From the NCBI GenBank assembly GCA_963749915.1, contig CAVVOP010000008.1:608001-672000 (forward strand): a stretch of DNA of 64,000 nucleotides. Direction: 5' to 3'. The first letter of the stretch is position 1. The number at the start of each line of letters is the position of its first letter. This DNA is from an uncultured cyanobacterium. Its GTDB lineage: Bacteria > Cyanobacteriota > Cyanobacteriia > Cyanobacteriales > Cyanobacteriaceae. A program made the translations under genes and the position numbers. Positions 63,522 through 64,000 of the stretch are shown here, one piece after another. The notes under the pieces were generated by a model that saw nothing but the letters and a program-made list of their open reading frames with translations, searched no databases and had not been told where the DNA came from.

Positions 63522-64000
63522 TTGAGCAATTACTTATTTGCGTCAAAACCAAAAAAGATTTTGTTTAATCATCTCCCAAAATGCGGAGGATCATCCCTTA
63601 ATACTTATCTAGGAACTCAGTATCCAGAAAATAAAATTTTTGCCATCGAAGGTTCAGATCCCCGTAAATCCGTTGATTTGTTTAAAACATTATCTCAAGA
63701 AGAAAGATATAGCTACGATCTGATCACAGGTCATAATGCGAATGAATTATTGGATTATGTTCACCCGGACTGCCTTAAAATAACCGTTTTCAGAGACCCC
63801 ATCCATCGCATTGTCTCCCACTATTACTACGCAAAAGATACCAAAGATCACTATTTACACTCAAAAATAAACGAGTTGAAATTAAACCTTGAACAATACG
63901 CAACCTTAAATTTAAGTGATGAACTTCGCAATTACTATACAACACATTTTTCCGGACTGACGATCAGTGATGCGGAAAAAAATCCCGAAGATTCAGTGAC
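63522..64000 (+). CDS. Sulfotransferase family protein (partial; runs off the window end)
   Basis: Not in the ORF track. ILFNHLPKCGGSS...ITGH...FRDPIHRIVSHYYY; start codon uncertain (TTG). Confidence 0.85.
   Translation, partial: MSNYLFASKPKKILFNHLPKCGGSSLNTYLGTQYPENKIFAIEGSDPRKSVDLFKTLSQEERYSYDLITGHNANELLDYVHPDCLKITVFRDPIHRIVSHYYYAKDTKDHYLHSKINELKLNLEQYATLNLSDELRNYYTTHFSGLTISDAEKNPEDSV

Overview
AT-rich cyanobacterial chromosomal window, judged from frequent HIP1 octamers (GCGATCGC), heptamer tandem repeats and genes such as ndhQ, gifA, ccsB, hemJ and Fd-GOGAT. It resembles Geminocystis/Cyanobacterium (inference). Most of it is housekeeping: partial pta, pdhB-secD-secF, purH, pyrF, a Cu-ATPase, rseP, a Ctp protease, ubiD, lptC, def, gatC and glsF. 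Four parts stand out. (1) An RNase II/R (RNB) catalytic domain fused to three dsRBD-like modules (26230-28509). (2) A complete transglutaminase / alpha-E / circularly permuted ATP-grasp operon divergent from a Gln/Met-rich Zn-ribbon gene and an Anbu-type protease, with a palindromic NtcA-type box between the arms, next to glsF (53569-58415). (3) A WecA/MraY-type gene apparently broken by two short fragments of other polysaccharide genes (51946-53284). (4) A 2.8 kb graveyard of nested IS, MITE and gene fragments (18603-21385). No CRISPR array, rRNA, tRNA or reverse transcriptase was seen. All family calls come from motif recognition, not database searches.
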